A DNA stretch of 64,000 bases from Octopus bimaculoides. Lineage: Eukaryota. A model generated the notes under the pieces. It did not search any database. It saw only the letters and a program-made list of their open reading frames with translations, and was not told the DNA's origin. Location of the stretch: the NCBI RefSeq assembly GCF_001194135.2, contig NC_068983.1, positions 22,915,781-22,979,780 of the forward strand, written 5' to 3'. Positions 1 to 13,524 of the stretch are shown here, piece after piece (the stretch's first letter is position 1; each line of letters starts with the position of its first letter). The position numbers were made by a program, and so were the translations under genes.

Positions 1-36
1 GCTCAGTATGAAAAAACCTTTTCGGTAAAAATCATT

Positions 37-330
37 TATAATCATAAATATATAGGGATTGACAGTAACCTGCTTCTCCAACATACTGAGAATTCAGAAA
101 TAGCAGTCAAAGAACTACTGATTTCAAAACTACAAATTATTACTCCAGATTGATAGTGATATTTTTGATACACACACAGAACATTTGTTCTGTGTGTATC
201 AAAAATATCGCTATCAATCTGGAGTAATAATTTGTAGTTTTGAAATCAGTAGTTCTTTGACTGCTATTTCTGAATTCTCAGTATGTTGGAGAAGCAGGTT
301 ACTGTCAATCCCTATATATTTATGATTATA
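37..330. repeat. Near-perfect palindrome (inverted duplication, arms ~145 bp, 4-nt centre)
   Basis: 37-182 is the reverse complement of 187-330 except for one C/T substitution and one CA-dinucleotide indel. Confidence 0.95.
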
Positions 331-788
331 TTAATTTATGTATATATTAATATTATCTCGGTTGAAAAAACTTCGATAATGTAAATATGTTAATAGTTAC
401 CAGGGTAGCAAAAATCACACAAAAACTGGGATATCATACCCGGTTAATAGGTAGAAATACCATGTTAAAGTGATGTATTTTGAGTTGATATATATATATA
501 TATATATATATATTAATATATATAAATATCTACATACATACATATATCATCGTCATCATATTTAAAGTTTGTTTTTCAAGCTGGCATGGGTCAGATGGCT
601 TGGCAGAAACTGGTAAGGCCAGGGGCTGCACTAAATTCCTTAGTCTGTTTTTGCTTGGTTCCAATGGTTGGATACCCTTCCTAACACCAACCACTTCACA
701 GAGTGTGCTGGGTGTTTTTTTTATGTAGCATCATCATCAATCCTTTTTAAGTGGCACCAACACCAATGCTTTTTACATGGCACCAGCA

Positions 789-834
<46 letters not shown>

Positions 835-1929
835 ATTGTGTGTGTGTATTTGATTAATGAGAGAGATGGAAGATACAAGAATGTTTATTGATCACTACAA
901 TTGTTTTGCCCCATCTAGCACCGATTCTTTGTGGGTGGGATACTGAGCTAGAGTACTTGAGCCATCAATAATCTTTTCTACTCTAGGTACAAGGCCCGAA
1001 ATTTTTGGGGAGGGGACCAGTTGCTTAGATTGACTTCAATATGCAACTAGTACTTAATTTATCAAACCTGAAAGGATGAAAGGCAAAGTCAACCTCAGCA
1101 GAATTTGAACTCAGAACTTAAAGACAGATGAAATACCACTAAGCATTTCACCCAGCATGCTAACGTTTCTGCCAGCTCACTGCCTTTCAAGCCAGCAATA
1201 ATGATTGTTGAAAAAGGTACATGATGAAAGTTGGTAATGAGAGTATGAAGAGGTGAATAAAAATTTTTTAAAAAAGACTGATACAGGTATTATTAACTGC
1301 AAAAGTTCATGAAGAACAACACAAATTCATTAGAATTTATTAAGACTATTAAAGAGTTTGTTAAGCATTATGAGACAAATTTGACAGCAGAATGAACTTT
1401 CAAATGCAAAAAATAAGCAGAATTACTCAAGCTTGTGTTGAATGATTTAGAAAGTAAATGTTATAAAATGGAATGAATTCAACAGCTTCAGAATGTTTAA
1501 GTGTTACTCACAAAAAGAAGTATATGTACAAAGTTATGTAGTGTATTATACATAATCAGATAGATAGACGGACTGACGGACAGACGGACAGACGGACAGA
1601 TATGGATGCTATGTAGTTGAAAATTTAAAACGTCTGCTTCTTAATCATTAGATCCTGGATTCAATTGCACTGAGTGACATGTTGCTCAAGTGTCAATCCA
1701 AGTGCTCTGAGTGAAATTAAGTTGATAGAGACACAGTATGGAAGTCTTTCTGTAATTTAAGAGTCCAGCCTTGTCACACTGAATCATACTGATTTTGCCT
1801 GAGAATTTCAGTACAGGTGTCTGTGGAATACTCAGTTACTAACATGCTAATTCATATTTCAGCCAAATATTTCAGTTGATTAAACAACTGAATACACATA
1901 GTTGAAACCAACAGAGATTCACATTTTAT

Positions 1930-2400
1930 TTTAAGTGACCGAGACCTTTGGTAATATGTTATGCTTGAGAAGACTTGCCAAGCCAAGTGAAATCATAATC
2001 ATGGCTGATGCCAGTGTCATGTAACTGGCACCAGTGTCATGTAACTGGCACCAGTGCCAGTGGCATGTAAAAGGTACCTTTCAAACACTGGGCCTCACAG
2101 AGGCAATGATAAGTGACTGAGACTTTTGGTGATATGCCACGCTTGAGAAGACCTGTCAAGCCAAGTGAAATCGTAGTTGTGACTGACGCTGATGTCATGT
2201 AACTGACACTTATGCTGGTGACACATAAAAAGCACCCATTACACTCTTGGAATGGTTGGCGTTAGGGAGGACATCCAGCCATAGAAACCATGCCAAATCA
2301 GATTGGAACCTGGTGTAGCCCTACAGCTTACTAGTTTCAGTCAGGCCATCTAACCCATGCCAGCATGGAAAGCAGACACTGAATAATGATGATGATGGTG
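1930..2400 (+). mobile_element. Interspersed repeat with internal ~180-bp tandem subunits and an RTE-type SINE/LINE 3' tail
   Basis: aagtgaccgagacctttggtaatatg... is repeated as aagtgactgagacttttggtgatatg...; 20-nt duplication ccagtgtcatgtaactggca; ends ggcgttagg...catccagcc...(GAT)n. Confidence 0.55.
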
Positions 2401-3876
2401 ATGTATTTATGTATGTATACAAGCATTCATATACATGTAAATGATGATGATTCAAAAATCATTTTTAAAATTTCTAAAATTTCCAATCAATTTTAATAAA
2501 ATTAAACCTTAATATACACAAAAGGTATTCAATAAGCAATACCAAAAAAAGAGGTTATATATTAAAATATAGATTTTTTTGATTAAGTACAAACTTTTAT
2601 TTTGTAGCTGAAGTGAATTGATTCAAGCCTTTTTTCTTTTTTTTTTTGTCACAAAGCATAACATGAATTGATTTAACCTTAGTATATCTATTGTGTCGGC
2701 AGTGTGCTGGCAGAATTGTTAGCATGTTGAGCAAAATATTTAGTGACAATTTCAACTGTATTTATGTACTGAGTTCAAATTCTGCCAAGGTCAACTGTGC
2801 CTTTCATCTTTTCATGGTTAATAAAATAAGTACTAGTTGAACATTGGGATCGAGGTAATCAACTTAACTACTCCTGGATAAGAGTATTAAAAAAAAGCTG
2901 CATCCCTCTGCCAAGCCATGTTGAGCCAGTGTGACAGAATAGCCTCATCAAACCGGTATGATCTTAAGCTCAAACTCACAGTCTCCACATCAAACTGTGG
3001 TTGGTGGAGAGAACATGCTGAGGCCATCTCTTTATTAATCAAATAATCAGCTAACTCTAATACTTGGGTGAACTAACATTCAAGGGACTCATTCTCTTTC
3101 TTGGAAGTACAGAAAGGGGCACAGAAAAACATGCTTCTTCCTCTATATGTGTGTGTGTGTGAGTATATATNNNNNNNNNNNNNNNNNNNNNNNNNNNNNN
3201 NNNNNNNNNNNNNNNNNNNNNNNNNNNNNNNNNNNNNNNNNNNNNNNNNNNNNNNNNNNNNNNNNNNNNNNNNNNNNNNNNNNNNNNNNNNNNNNNNNNN
3301 NNNNNNNNNNNNNNNNNNNNNNNNNNNNNNNNNNAAGCCTTGTAAGTGGATTTAGTAAACAGAACATAGAAGCTTCTTTTTGTTGTTGTTGTGTGTGTGT
3401 GTGTGTGTTCATTTGTGAAAACTACGATTGAATAGCAAACAATCTTCTGTTAACCTCACCAAAGATGGTGTGCGTTCACCACAATAATCATTTCTTGACA
3501 TTGTCAAAAAGATTACGTGAAAATTAACTTATTCACTGACAGCATCACGCAACAGACACGATAACATAAACGAAGAGAAATCGTGATGTAATTTTGAATC
3601 AGCAGTAAATAAGAATTTGACTATTGGTGTTACCGTTATATTTTGTTATACATAGTGTTATTCTTTTAACGGGTGTTCACGGTACCTCGATAGCCAAACC
3701 ACACCCTACCATTGGATAATGTGCTTCTTGATCCCCTTACACATAGGAAAAAGACGAGATGGTCACAGTTAGAATGCCTTTGATCATGGGTTAATTGAAG
3801 AAAGCTGATATAGGATTAAATAACCACAGCAAAATGATGTTTACTAAACAAGGAAAAAATCGCAGTAAATGATTGA

Positions 3877-3904
3877 TTTTTCTTTTGTATTGTTTCAGGT
3901 AAGA
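3877..3904 (+). other. Juxtaposed 3' and 5' splice signals (polypyrimidine-CAG|GTAAGA)
   Basis: ttttt cttttgtattgtttCAG GTAAGA; CAG at 3896-3898, GT at 3899-3900. Confidence 0.6.
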
Positions 3905-4041
3905 AATATTTAATAAAATGCGATTCCTCCCCACCACCACATATAAATAACTGCTGTTATATAAATTCTGTTCAGGTCATATCTTATAATTTAATAAGCG
4001 ACTTAAAATATTGTTTAATTAAAATATTATTTATTGCATTT

Positions 4042-4610
4042 GGCCATTCCAAGACACTTGTTTGATAGCACCGCATCTATCCCGTTCAACTCTTTATAAT
4101 AATATCTAAGAAATATACTATGAATCATTTATAGCCATTTAGTTTCCAGCACAACCATCAAAATTATGGTTATTTTGTGATAATTTGCGCTTCCCCTACT
4201 AAATGACACATGCTTTTGTGTATGTGTGTTTTGTTTTTTTATCTTTTTGTATACACCACCACTTTCGAACAGTTAGAAGCACCGTCTATGGTCAAATTAT
4301 CCAAATAAATCTTCAATTCCTAACGCCACTCTGAATGCAAGACACCCTGATTGAGAACAATACTCGATCAGGAATTGAAACCGAAGAGATAAGCATCTAG
4401 CAAAAGGTATGTGCGTACTCAGTTTGTCAGGCGCTTGTTTCGTTCTACTTTCTCATACAACAGGAGGGGCGTAAAGATTATAATCATATGTATTATGTTG
4501 TGCTGGAAACTAAATGGCTGTAAACGAACGATAATATGTTTCCTAGATATTATTATAAAGAGTTGAACGGGATGGATGCGATGATATCAAACAAATGTCT
4601 TGGAATGGCC
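4042..4610. mobile_element. MITE-like unit with ~130-bp imperfect terminal inverted repeats (GGCCATTCCAAGAC...)
   Basis: 4042-~4175 is the reverse complement of ~4478-4610; no clear TSD. Confidence 0.7.
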
Positions 4611-4949
4611 GGATAATTCTTCTAATGAGCTTGTCAAAGACATTTCAGCGCTAAAACGACATCAGTGCAGAGTAAGACTAAAATACGGATTATGTAACGA
4701 ATCGAAAACGTTTCATAACTACTATTATTATTATTATTAATATTTAGATGTAAGAACTTTAAAAAATGATAATCATTTTAGCCCTAAGAGTAATTTAAAA
4801 TTGGAAGAAAAAAAGAAAAAAGAAATCAACTTTATAAATGATATGATTTTTATAAATAATTTACTTCAATGTTTAAGTTCAATGACGAATCAGTACAGCA
4901 CGTAGCGAAACGAAACATTTTGTATTACGATTTGCTTTTTACATTTACT

Positions 4950-5126
4950 ACTAGAAGCGTCGTCGTTAACGATAAACAGAACTAGTAGAGAGAGTGGAGC
5001 GAAAGCTATGAGTAGCCAGCTCCTCTTAACTAGTGCTACAGTTACTTCCACGTTACTATTACATATTGGATTGACATTGTTCCTTCAGCAATAGTATCTG
5101 GACTACATACATAAAACATGTGGCTG
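4950..5126 (+). other. Candidate alternative first (5'UTR) exon
   Basis: CpG-containing unique sequence ending ATGTGGCTG|GTAAGA (GT at 5127); 5' boundary is approximate. Confidence 0.3.
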
Positions 5127-5261
5127 GTAAGAAATATATTTCGGAGATATTTCTAATTTATGTATATTTTTATTATCTCACATTCAGGTGCGTCGGCGAT
5201 ACATGTTAATTATATTTAGTAATAGAAATTTAATGTGAACGTTGTGTTGTTTATAGTAACA

Positions 5262-5277
5262 TTATATATATATACAT

Positions 5278-5344
<67 letters not shown>

Positions 5345-5571
5345 AACACACACACACATATATACATACACACACATATATATACATACATACACACACA
5401 TATATATACATACATACACACACATATATTTGCATACATACACACGTATATTTACATACACACATTCACACATATATATACACACATACATTGTATAAGT
5501 ATGTATACACACACACACACACTGGCTAATGTCTTAACCTCCGCATATATATGTACATATATATGCATATA

Positions 5572-5661
<90 letters not shown>

Positions 5662-5702
5662 TATACAACTCGGACAAATATATACACACGTATATGAGTG
5701 TG
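5262..5702. repeat. Compound microsatellite (TA)n/(TACA)n/(CA)n
   Basis: Directly visible; many smaller (TA)/(CA)/(TG) tracts occur elsewhere, e.g. 790-835, 8079-8146, 9259-9305, 14799-14868. Confidence 0.97.
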
Positions 5703-7499
5703 TGTAAACACATAAATAATTTAATATGTATGAGCCTAAACATGTTAAAAGTTTTACGATACAAGTTTAGCTGTGTAATTACTTTTCGTTGTGAAGACCT
5801 TTATCGGGCGTGATTCGTTTCATATCTATTTCCAAATGGTTAACAACATTTTTGTTACTTAACATGTATATCTTTATATTTCTGTATAGTTTAAAATTTA
5901 TTTAGAACTTATCGTGGCCCGGTTTCGGCGTGTACACGCATAAAAAGACACTAAAACACTATTAGTTTCTTGCCGAATGGGATTAACTCAATGAATTCAT
6001 ATCCTGATGTAATGTTTCTTTCTCGTCATAATTATTACAGTCTTTCTGCTATGAAGTATCCAAACTATTTTTTGTTTTTGTTTAGACCCAGATTTAAATC
6101 GATCTGCTCTTCCACATCCTCTCCAGCTCGGCCGCCTTTCTGTCCTTTTTTTTAAAGTTTCCGAACATTTCAATCTTTCACTGTTGCTTTTTATAATCAT
6201 CTTAATTCTGATGCTATATCCTTCGAATTTCTTTTGCACCTTCTCGTCTTCTATAGTCAATTCTTCGTACATTTAAGCAGACCATTTCATATTGGCATTT
6301 CATTTCAACAATTCGCGCTTTATTTTTGTTTTCCTCTCTAGGATACGGTTCGGCACTTTAGATCTTAAAATATCAATTTTATTTTAAATAGTTCTTGCAT
6401 TATATATGGTCCTACTGCGCTAAATATTATTCTAGTGCTGTGTGTGTGTGTGTGTGTGTGTGCATGCATATATATATATATACGCGCTCGCGCATACACA
6501 AAATCATTCACCATCAACTTTAATAGTTTCACTTGTAAATTATTAACGTGTGTATACACACAAACACTTCTAAGCGTAAATAGCATGTATGCATTCAAAT
6601 GGTAATGTTTTAGATTCTTGGAGGTGTGAATAACGTACATACAAATATTACACACAAATTTACTCAGAACAATAGAAAAGTAGAGTATATCTCAATCATA
6701 ATATAAGTTATTCCTAAGTTCACGGTTGGATGGTTGATATATAAAAATTCCCCACTATTAAACAATCTGTGCTTTTCTATCGTGATTACATATGCCTAAT
6801 TTTTAGTTTTCTTTAATATATATAAAGGATATCGTATATGTATATATCCTTTTGGGACTACTAATTCGCTGTACGTTTCCGACACCTATTGATGGTTTAG
6901 AAGGGACCATCGCCATTGTGTGATGAAGCTGTGAAGAGAAGAGATACTGGCAGCCAAACGGGAGGAAAGAACCATGGCACCGACTATAAGCATGCAAGGG
7001 AGAAAGGAACTGTTGCTTTGTTCGTTAGCTGTTGGAGCGATCGATCATTACTCATCGATTCTATTTACATTCTTCCAACGGTTTCTTGTTTCTTCCTTCG
7101 AAATAGAGCATCTCTACAGACCCTTATTAAAAAGATAATAGAAGTGATGCGAACACGCATGTATAATTATACACACACTCATTCACACGCACGCACACAC
7201 AGAAATCAATGAGAGTTTATTTGGTCAGAAGATCTTGTAGAAATAGCAACTAAACCTTTTTTTAAAATCACATTTAAGAAGGAAAAAGGTAAAGATATAG
7301 AGATATTTTGCGATAATATCTTACATAAATCCTTTCTGAATTGACTGAACGATCTTCTCTCTGTTCGACTTGGGGTTAAGCACACGCGAATTCAAGAGGA
7401 TAAAGTCATTGCAAACCAATAATAAAACCATTTATTTTATTATTTTTATGTAGTTTAATAAAAATTACATACACATACGTATATATGATTTTTATTAGG

Positions 7500-7535
<36 letters not shown>

Positions 7536-8078
7536 ATAAAAGAGGAAACTGTGCGTGCGTGTGATTCCAAGTCAACATGTTTTTGAATGGTTAATATGTG
7601 CTTTCCGCGATGCAATTGTTATATTTGGCCATATCACGTAATTTATGACTTTAATTAAATAACCTATATATAAAAAAAAATTATTATACCATTATATATA
7701 ATGGTATAACATATATATATATATAATATACTTCGTTTATGATTCCCTTATCCAGTCTTAAATATGAACTCTGTAAGAATACGATTTTGTTGTTTGGTTT
7801 CTTTGGAATTCTTGTTTCCGACAAAATTCTTTTATCCTTTTATTTATTAAACTGATAAATATTATTAAAAAATGTTTATANNNNNNNNNNNNNNNNNNNN
7901 NNNNNNNNNNNNNNNNNNNNNNNNNNNNNNNNNNNNNNNNNNNNNNNNNNNNNNNNNNNNNNNNNNNNNNNNNNNNNNNNNNNNNNNNNNNNNNNNNNNN
8001 NNNNNNNNNNNNNNNNNNNNNNNNNNNNNNNNNNNNNNNNNNNNNNNNNNNNNNNNNNNNNNNNNNNNNNNNNNNNNN

Positions 8079-8127
<49 letters not shown>

Positions 8128-9256
8128 CGTGTGTGTGTGTGTGTGTGCTGCGTATGTTTATGTATATATGGTAGCGGTGTGAACGTAGAGCTCTGAGAAT
8201 TAAGTCAGCGAACCGGTTTTGTTTGGCAACTGCTGTAGCTGCTTTACTTAATCGTTCATGGGAAACGAATGAACTCCACAACATCTATATTTATTCTTCA
8301 CCATCTCAACATGACCTTGTGCCTTTGAGAAATATCGCAACATATACAACAATAATGGTATTATTATCAAGTGCCCTGTAACGTCATTCATTGCCTTTTT
8401 ATTTGTTTGTTTTTCATTCAATAGCAGTGTGTTGCACATTCTTGCATATTCCAACTGGTTTCCCCATTGTTGAATGCTTAGCAAAGTGTTGCATGCTGGC
8501 TGCTCGTTTTCGCAGAACTGTAGCAGACTGGCATATTTCGGAAGCCATTTCTCCTAGAGTGTCATTCTTCATCGCTGATCCATCGAATTTTTCATTTGTT
8601 TTCCTTCTCTCTCTCTCTCGTCTCTCTCATTCTGTTTGAGACTAATTCTTTGCTGTTGTCTGGTAGAAAACATATACAATAGATGATAGCTTAGATATTA
8701 AAAAAAAAAAAAAGATTATGTTGAAAAATTTATGTATTCTGAAATAAATAAATGAGTGGCAGATTTATATATAATTGTAAATCTGGTGGATATTCCGAAG
8801 CTGAAAATTGTACATCTGTTTCTAATTACTATTGCTGTATATTTTGTTTCCAAATCAGATGTATGGTTTTCAAATAAGGATTTAGGTTGAAAAATCGTTG
8901 AAAATGTTTTTCAAACCATCCATTATTTAGACTCCTTCCTCGTCCTCTCAAATGTATATTACCCTTTCTTTTTTTATTTTTCTTAAGGAATATGATTCTA
9001 AGATTTCAAAATTTTTAGAATGTTAATTCATTACTTGAAATTTATGTTCTTATAAATACTGGTTGTTTTTGGTTCAATTCCACTAGGGTGGGGAGAGAAA
9101 GCTTTTACGGACTGCTAATGACTGCTTTGTGAGTATATCATACATATTTGTGTGTGGTAGAAGGCCTGAAATTTGAGGGAGAGTGCAAGTCGATTATATC
9201 AGCTCTAGAATTTATAACAAATGATGGATCTTTTCTATTATACTATAGTAGAAAGG

Positions 9257-9309
<53 letters not shown>

Positions 9310-12300
9310 AAAAGAGACCGATACAATAAGTACTAAGATTTTAAAAATAAGTCCTGGGAGTCGATATGGTCGATTAAAACGCTTCAAGGCGGTGCCCCAG
9401 CATGGCCGCTATCAAATGACTGAAACCGGTAAAAGATATAGATATATATATAGATATCCATATATTATCTATAAAATTGTATCTTAGTTTAGGATAAACA
9501 TGAATATTGCTTTCAAATTTTGGCACAAGGCCAGCAACTTCGGGGATGAGTGCTACTTAATTAAATCCATCTCAATGCTCGACTGGTACTTATTTTATCA
9601 ACCCCCGAAAGAATAAAAGGCTAAGTCGACTTCGGTGGAATTTGAACTCAGAACCTTTAGCACGGACGAAATGCCGCTAATCATTTTGCCCGGCGTGCAA
9701 ACGATTCTCTCAGCTCACTGTTTTGGGATAAACATTAATATTACAATCTGTTAAATATAATTTTCTTTTTAGTGGGAAAGAAAGAAAACTGACATATCAC
9801 CTGTTCCTATTTTTCTACAAAATAAACTCTTTCTTCCTCTGTGTGTGTGTGTGTATTTATTCCAAATAAATCTGACAGTAACGTGTATTAGTAGTCTCTG
9901 TGTGTAGCATACACACGTTTATAATCATAAACACTAATTGTATTGATTAAAAGACCTAAAATATTAGAAGAATTTATATTAATCATGGTCGTCTTTTGAT
10001 TAAACCTCATAATTTCTATTGACTGCTTTTTTACATTCCCAAATTCTGGAACGTTGAAAGCTTTTCGCGTTTGAAAAAAGCTGCTATTTATAGAATGTCC
10101 ACTTGCTGTTGATAACGAAGCAGTGAGGCTGTTTGAATAACCATTCCATTATTGCTCACCGTTACTGTTTGCAAAAAGACTTGCCCTTCTTGGCTCACAT
10201 GTCTAGCCTGTTAAGAAGGAAGATTATGTTTATCACTAACTTAAAACAAACTATTATCATTCCAGCTTAATACCTGCTTCTCCTAAATAGATCTCTCTCT
10301 TATTCAAACAAGTAATTTTTTTAAATAAATAATATTGAATAACAAGCTGTGCTGCCTTTTTCCCATCTCTAATTAGTTCACCCGTAGATTATTGCGATTC
10401 TCATGATAAGGTTTAGATAAGTTTTTTTTTCTTCTCATTCTCTCTTGTGAATTATAAAACCAACTTTTGTAGTTTCGTGAGGCAAGCGTTTGGTGTATCA
10501 GTTGGTCGTTGTTAGGAATTCTTCGACTTGGTTGGTACCTGTTGCTTGTAAACAGCAATCAAATACCCTGAACTGAATCCATTTTTCTACGATCTAACGA
10601 GGAAACTACTAAGCGGTCAACTTGACTTGCTAGAAATAAACAAATCTCCTTCAAATTAAAACATACCGGTATCATTACGGGATCCAATGATATATAAAAG
10701 ATGGGATTGTTATGGGTGGAACATCTTTGGTGATGGGTATAACTGATGGGGACTGACTTGAAACAAAACATCAAGAGCAATTACTTTTCGGCTATATGGC
10801 ATCGTCGTCTTAAATTTTTTGAAATTATTTTCTAATCATTTACTGATTGCTTGTAGAATATTTAATCACATGTAGGAACTACTAATTTTGGAAATATTTA
10901 AATTAGGAAATGTACTACTTATTAACATTAAGTATTGCATCTCCACTAGTTTTGTTTAAACGTAGACTCCTGTAAAGAATTCACACTTTTCATTCTCATG
11001 ATATTTTTGATGTTTAAGATTAAGGCTCTTTGTATTTCAAGAAATGTTGGTTTGCAACGACTTGTCCAACAATTGCATCGGACACGTAAATAAGCCCAAC
11101 AAAATAGTGAAAGCCGCTTTTTATAAACACAGATAATGTTATCAAACGGAAATTATCAAAATCAGGATTCCGATCACGCTCGGGATAGTTATACCCTCCT
11201 TTTAATGCCACCAGCTAGTTATTGTTATCTAAAAACAACCCCACCCCCAGCGTGTGATCACATTAAGCGGCTTTGCTTTGTCGAGTGATGCAACCTGATT
11301 ATTACATGGTCAACTCTATTTCGTTGGACGAGTAAGAAGTTCAATGTGGGAAAGGCTTTTCTGGAGACAAAGGGATATCTAACCACATCTAAGGACTTGA
11401 TTAAATTATTGTGGGACTTCATTATTGAACAAACACTGACCAGCTTCATTACACGAGATAAATCGGAAATGGACAATCCGAAGCACTCAGACAGCACGTG
11501 GCTCATTATGACTTTTTATATGACATACATAATACCGTGATTATGTTAACATTATAGTTTTTTTTTCTTTTCTTTTTTACTTAATTCTGTAGTGATATCT
11601 CATTGTTTCTTTCGATTAAGGTTTGGTGGTATTAAAAAATTAAATTCGAGTTATCAACCAGTTTGATCAATCCGATTTGTGATATTCTGTCTTATGACCA
11701 CTACAGGAAAAAGCTTACTCGTGGCTCTTCGAAAGTCTTTGGCCAGGTTTCGAACTACTGACTTGAATCCAGTTTAAAATTTGCTCAATGAATACATAAT
11801 ACGTGCATGAGGATGACAGCGTACTGCTTGGAAGAAGTATATAATGTTTTAAAATGTTATTTCCTCTTGGAGGTTGTTTAGAATTGCTGATTATTATTAG
11901 TAATTAATTGTGTGACCCTGTCAGTCGTTTGTTTGACAAAAAGCCTTCAGAATGTCAAACGTTGCTCTTTTAATGTGCTTTTAACAGCATCTTTTTGTTG
12001 ACGAGCCAACTACAATCAACACATCTCTCTCCAGATCACACTCTGCCGTCTTAAAGAAAAACAAAAGATTACATTGCTAATGTGGATACACAGTACCCGG
12101 AGAAAAAGTTAGATTGTAATGACTTCAATGCTTTTGATATTTTTGGTTATAGGTCTCTTCTATCAGGACACTGACCTGGGGCTAAACATTTTATTCACTT
12201 TACTACGCAGCATCAATTGAAATGTGTGCGTAGAGGAGTAAATATTTCCCACTCCTTTTTATACTATGGCTCTGAAACCTACCCTATTTTTTTTAATTCT

Positions 12301-13524
12301 TAATTTTGACTACATGCTTTAAGAAATAAGAATTCTCTGACATGACTCATTGTTATGTATAAATATATGGGTCATGTAAGTTTTTTTCTATATTAAGCGC
12401 AGCAATCGATCTTTTCTCAGATTTCTGATTTGGTGTCTTTCAAGCTTAATTTACTCGTACAAAGGAAGTGAAATTTGCCATTACAATAATTTGCTTTGAT
12501 AAATTAAAGTAGATCATAATTGAACTTTTCTACATGAGGCATTTTCAGTTTCTAAATCTGTATAGCTATTTGCATTAAAAAGGAGAAATAAACACATTAT
12601 ACTAGGGCAAAGCAATACACTGGCCCCTATAGTATTTATTGACAGTAAGCCAGAGTATACATAGATCATAGTTGGGGCCCTAGACCACGAGGCACCTGGA
12701 TAGCTGCCCAGCGTGTCCATGACTTAAACAGTACTGGATTAAACACCCGGTAATCAAAACGAAACTGTAGAAATTTTATCATTTGTGTATGATACATTCT
12801 AGTTTCCTTGTTGAATTGTCACATATTGTTTTCTTTCATAAGCCATCTGAAAGTTCCTTATCTCGACATATGCCTAGAAATGAAGTTTTGAAAACTCTTA
12901 CATTAACAGGCATGATTATGAGATTAAGCAAGTTCACTTCATAGCCATGTGATTCCGAGTACGATATCAGTATGTGTCACCTTGAGCAAGTGTTTTCTAC
13001 CAGAGCCCCGTGTTTACCAATAATGTGTGAACGAAATTCTATGTTTATTGAAAGAAGCTCGTCGTACGTACTTAAGCATGGCCAATTGGTTAAAAAGTTT
13101 GCTTCGCAATCACAAGGTCCCGGGTTCGAATCATTATGAGCTTTGGATCTGTTCAAGCCTTGTGATTGAAAATTGGTAGGTGGAAAGTGTTCGGAAACCA
13201 GTCAGATGGATTGTACGTGTAATTAAAAAGCCCAGCCTTGTGACGCCGATTCCACCTGGGAATTGCGAAGAATACACGTGTTGTGGAATGTTCAGTCCCA
13301 CGTTAAATAGCAGGTAGTTCAGCTATTCGAAGTACTGTATATTCATTAACGGATGTCTACCGACCTACTCCCTAGCGATAGATAGACAGATATCGATAGG
13401 AAAAATGTAGTTTTTGCATGTTGATGACGAAAATCTTTTTTCTTTTTTTTTTTTTGGTCCTTGAAATTCCACTTTTGCCTTCATTAAATATAGTGAACAA
13501 ATAATTGACCCATTGGAACCGTTT

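Noticed and set aside
5216-5764. ORFs rich in CV/YI/HT dipeptides
   Set aside because: Translations of (TG)/(TA)/(CA) microsatellites; the same applies to similar ORFs elsewhere.
5970-6360. Charged minus-strand ORF (MYEELTIEDEK...)
   Set aside because: Composition reflects a pyrimidine-rich plus strand; no family motif or exon structure is supported.
8160-8640. Unique block with 60-80 aa ORFs on both strands and a NAGNAG acceptor at 8424/8427
   Set aside because: No recognisable protein and no matching donor; it may be regulatory but I cannot support a call.
11020-11540. Protein-looking ORFs (MALKGGYNYPERD... on minus; KAFLETKGY... on plus)
   Set aside because: No recognisable homology or consistent splice boundaries; overlapping ORFs on opposite strands are consistent with chance.
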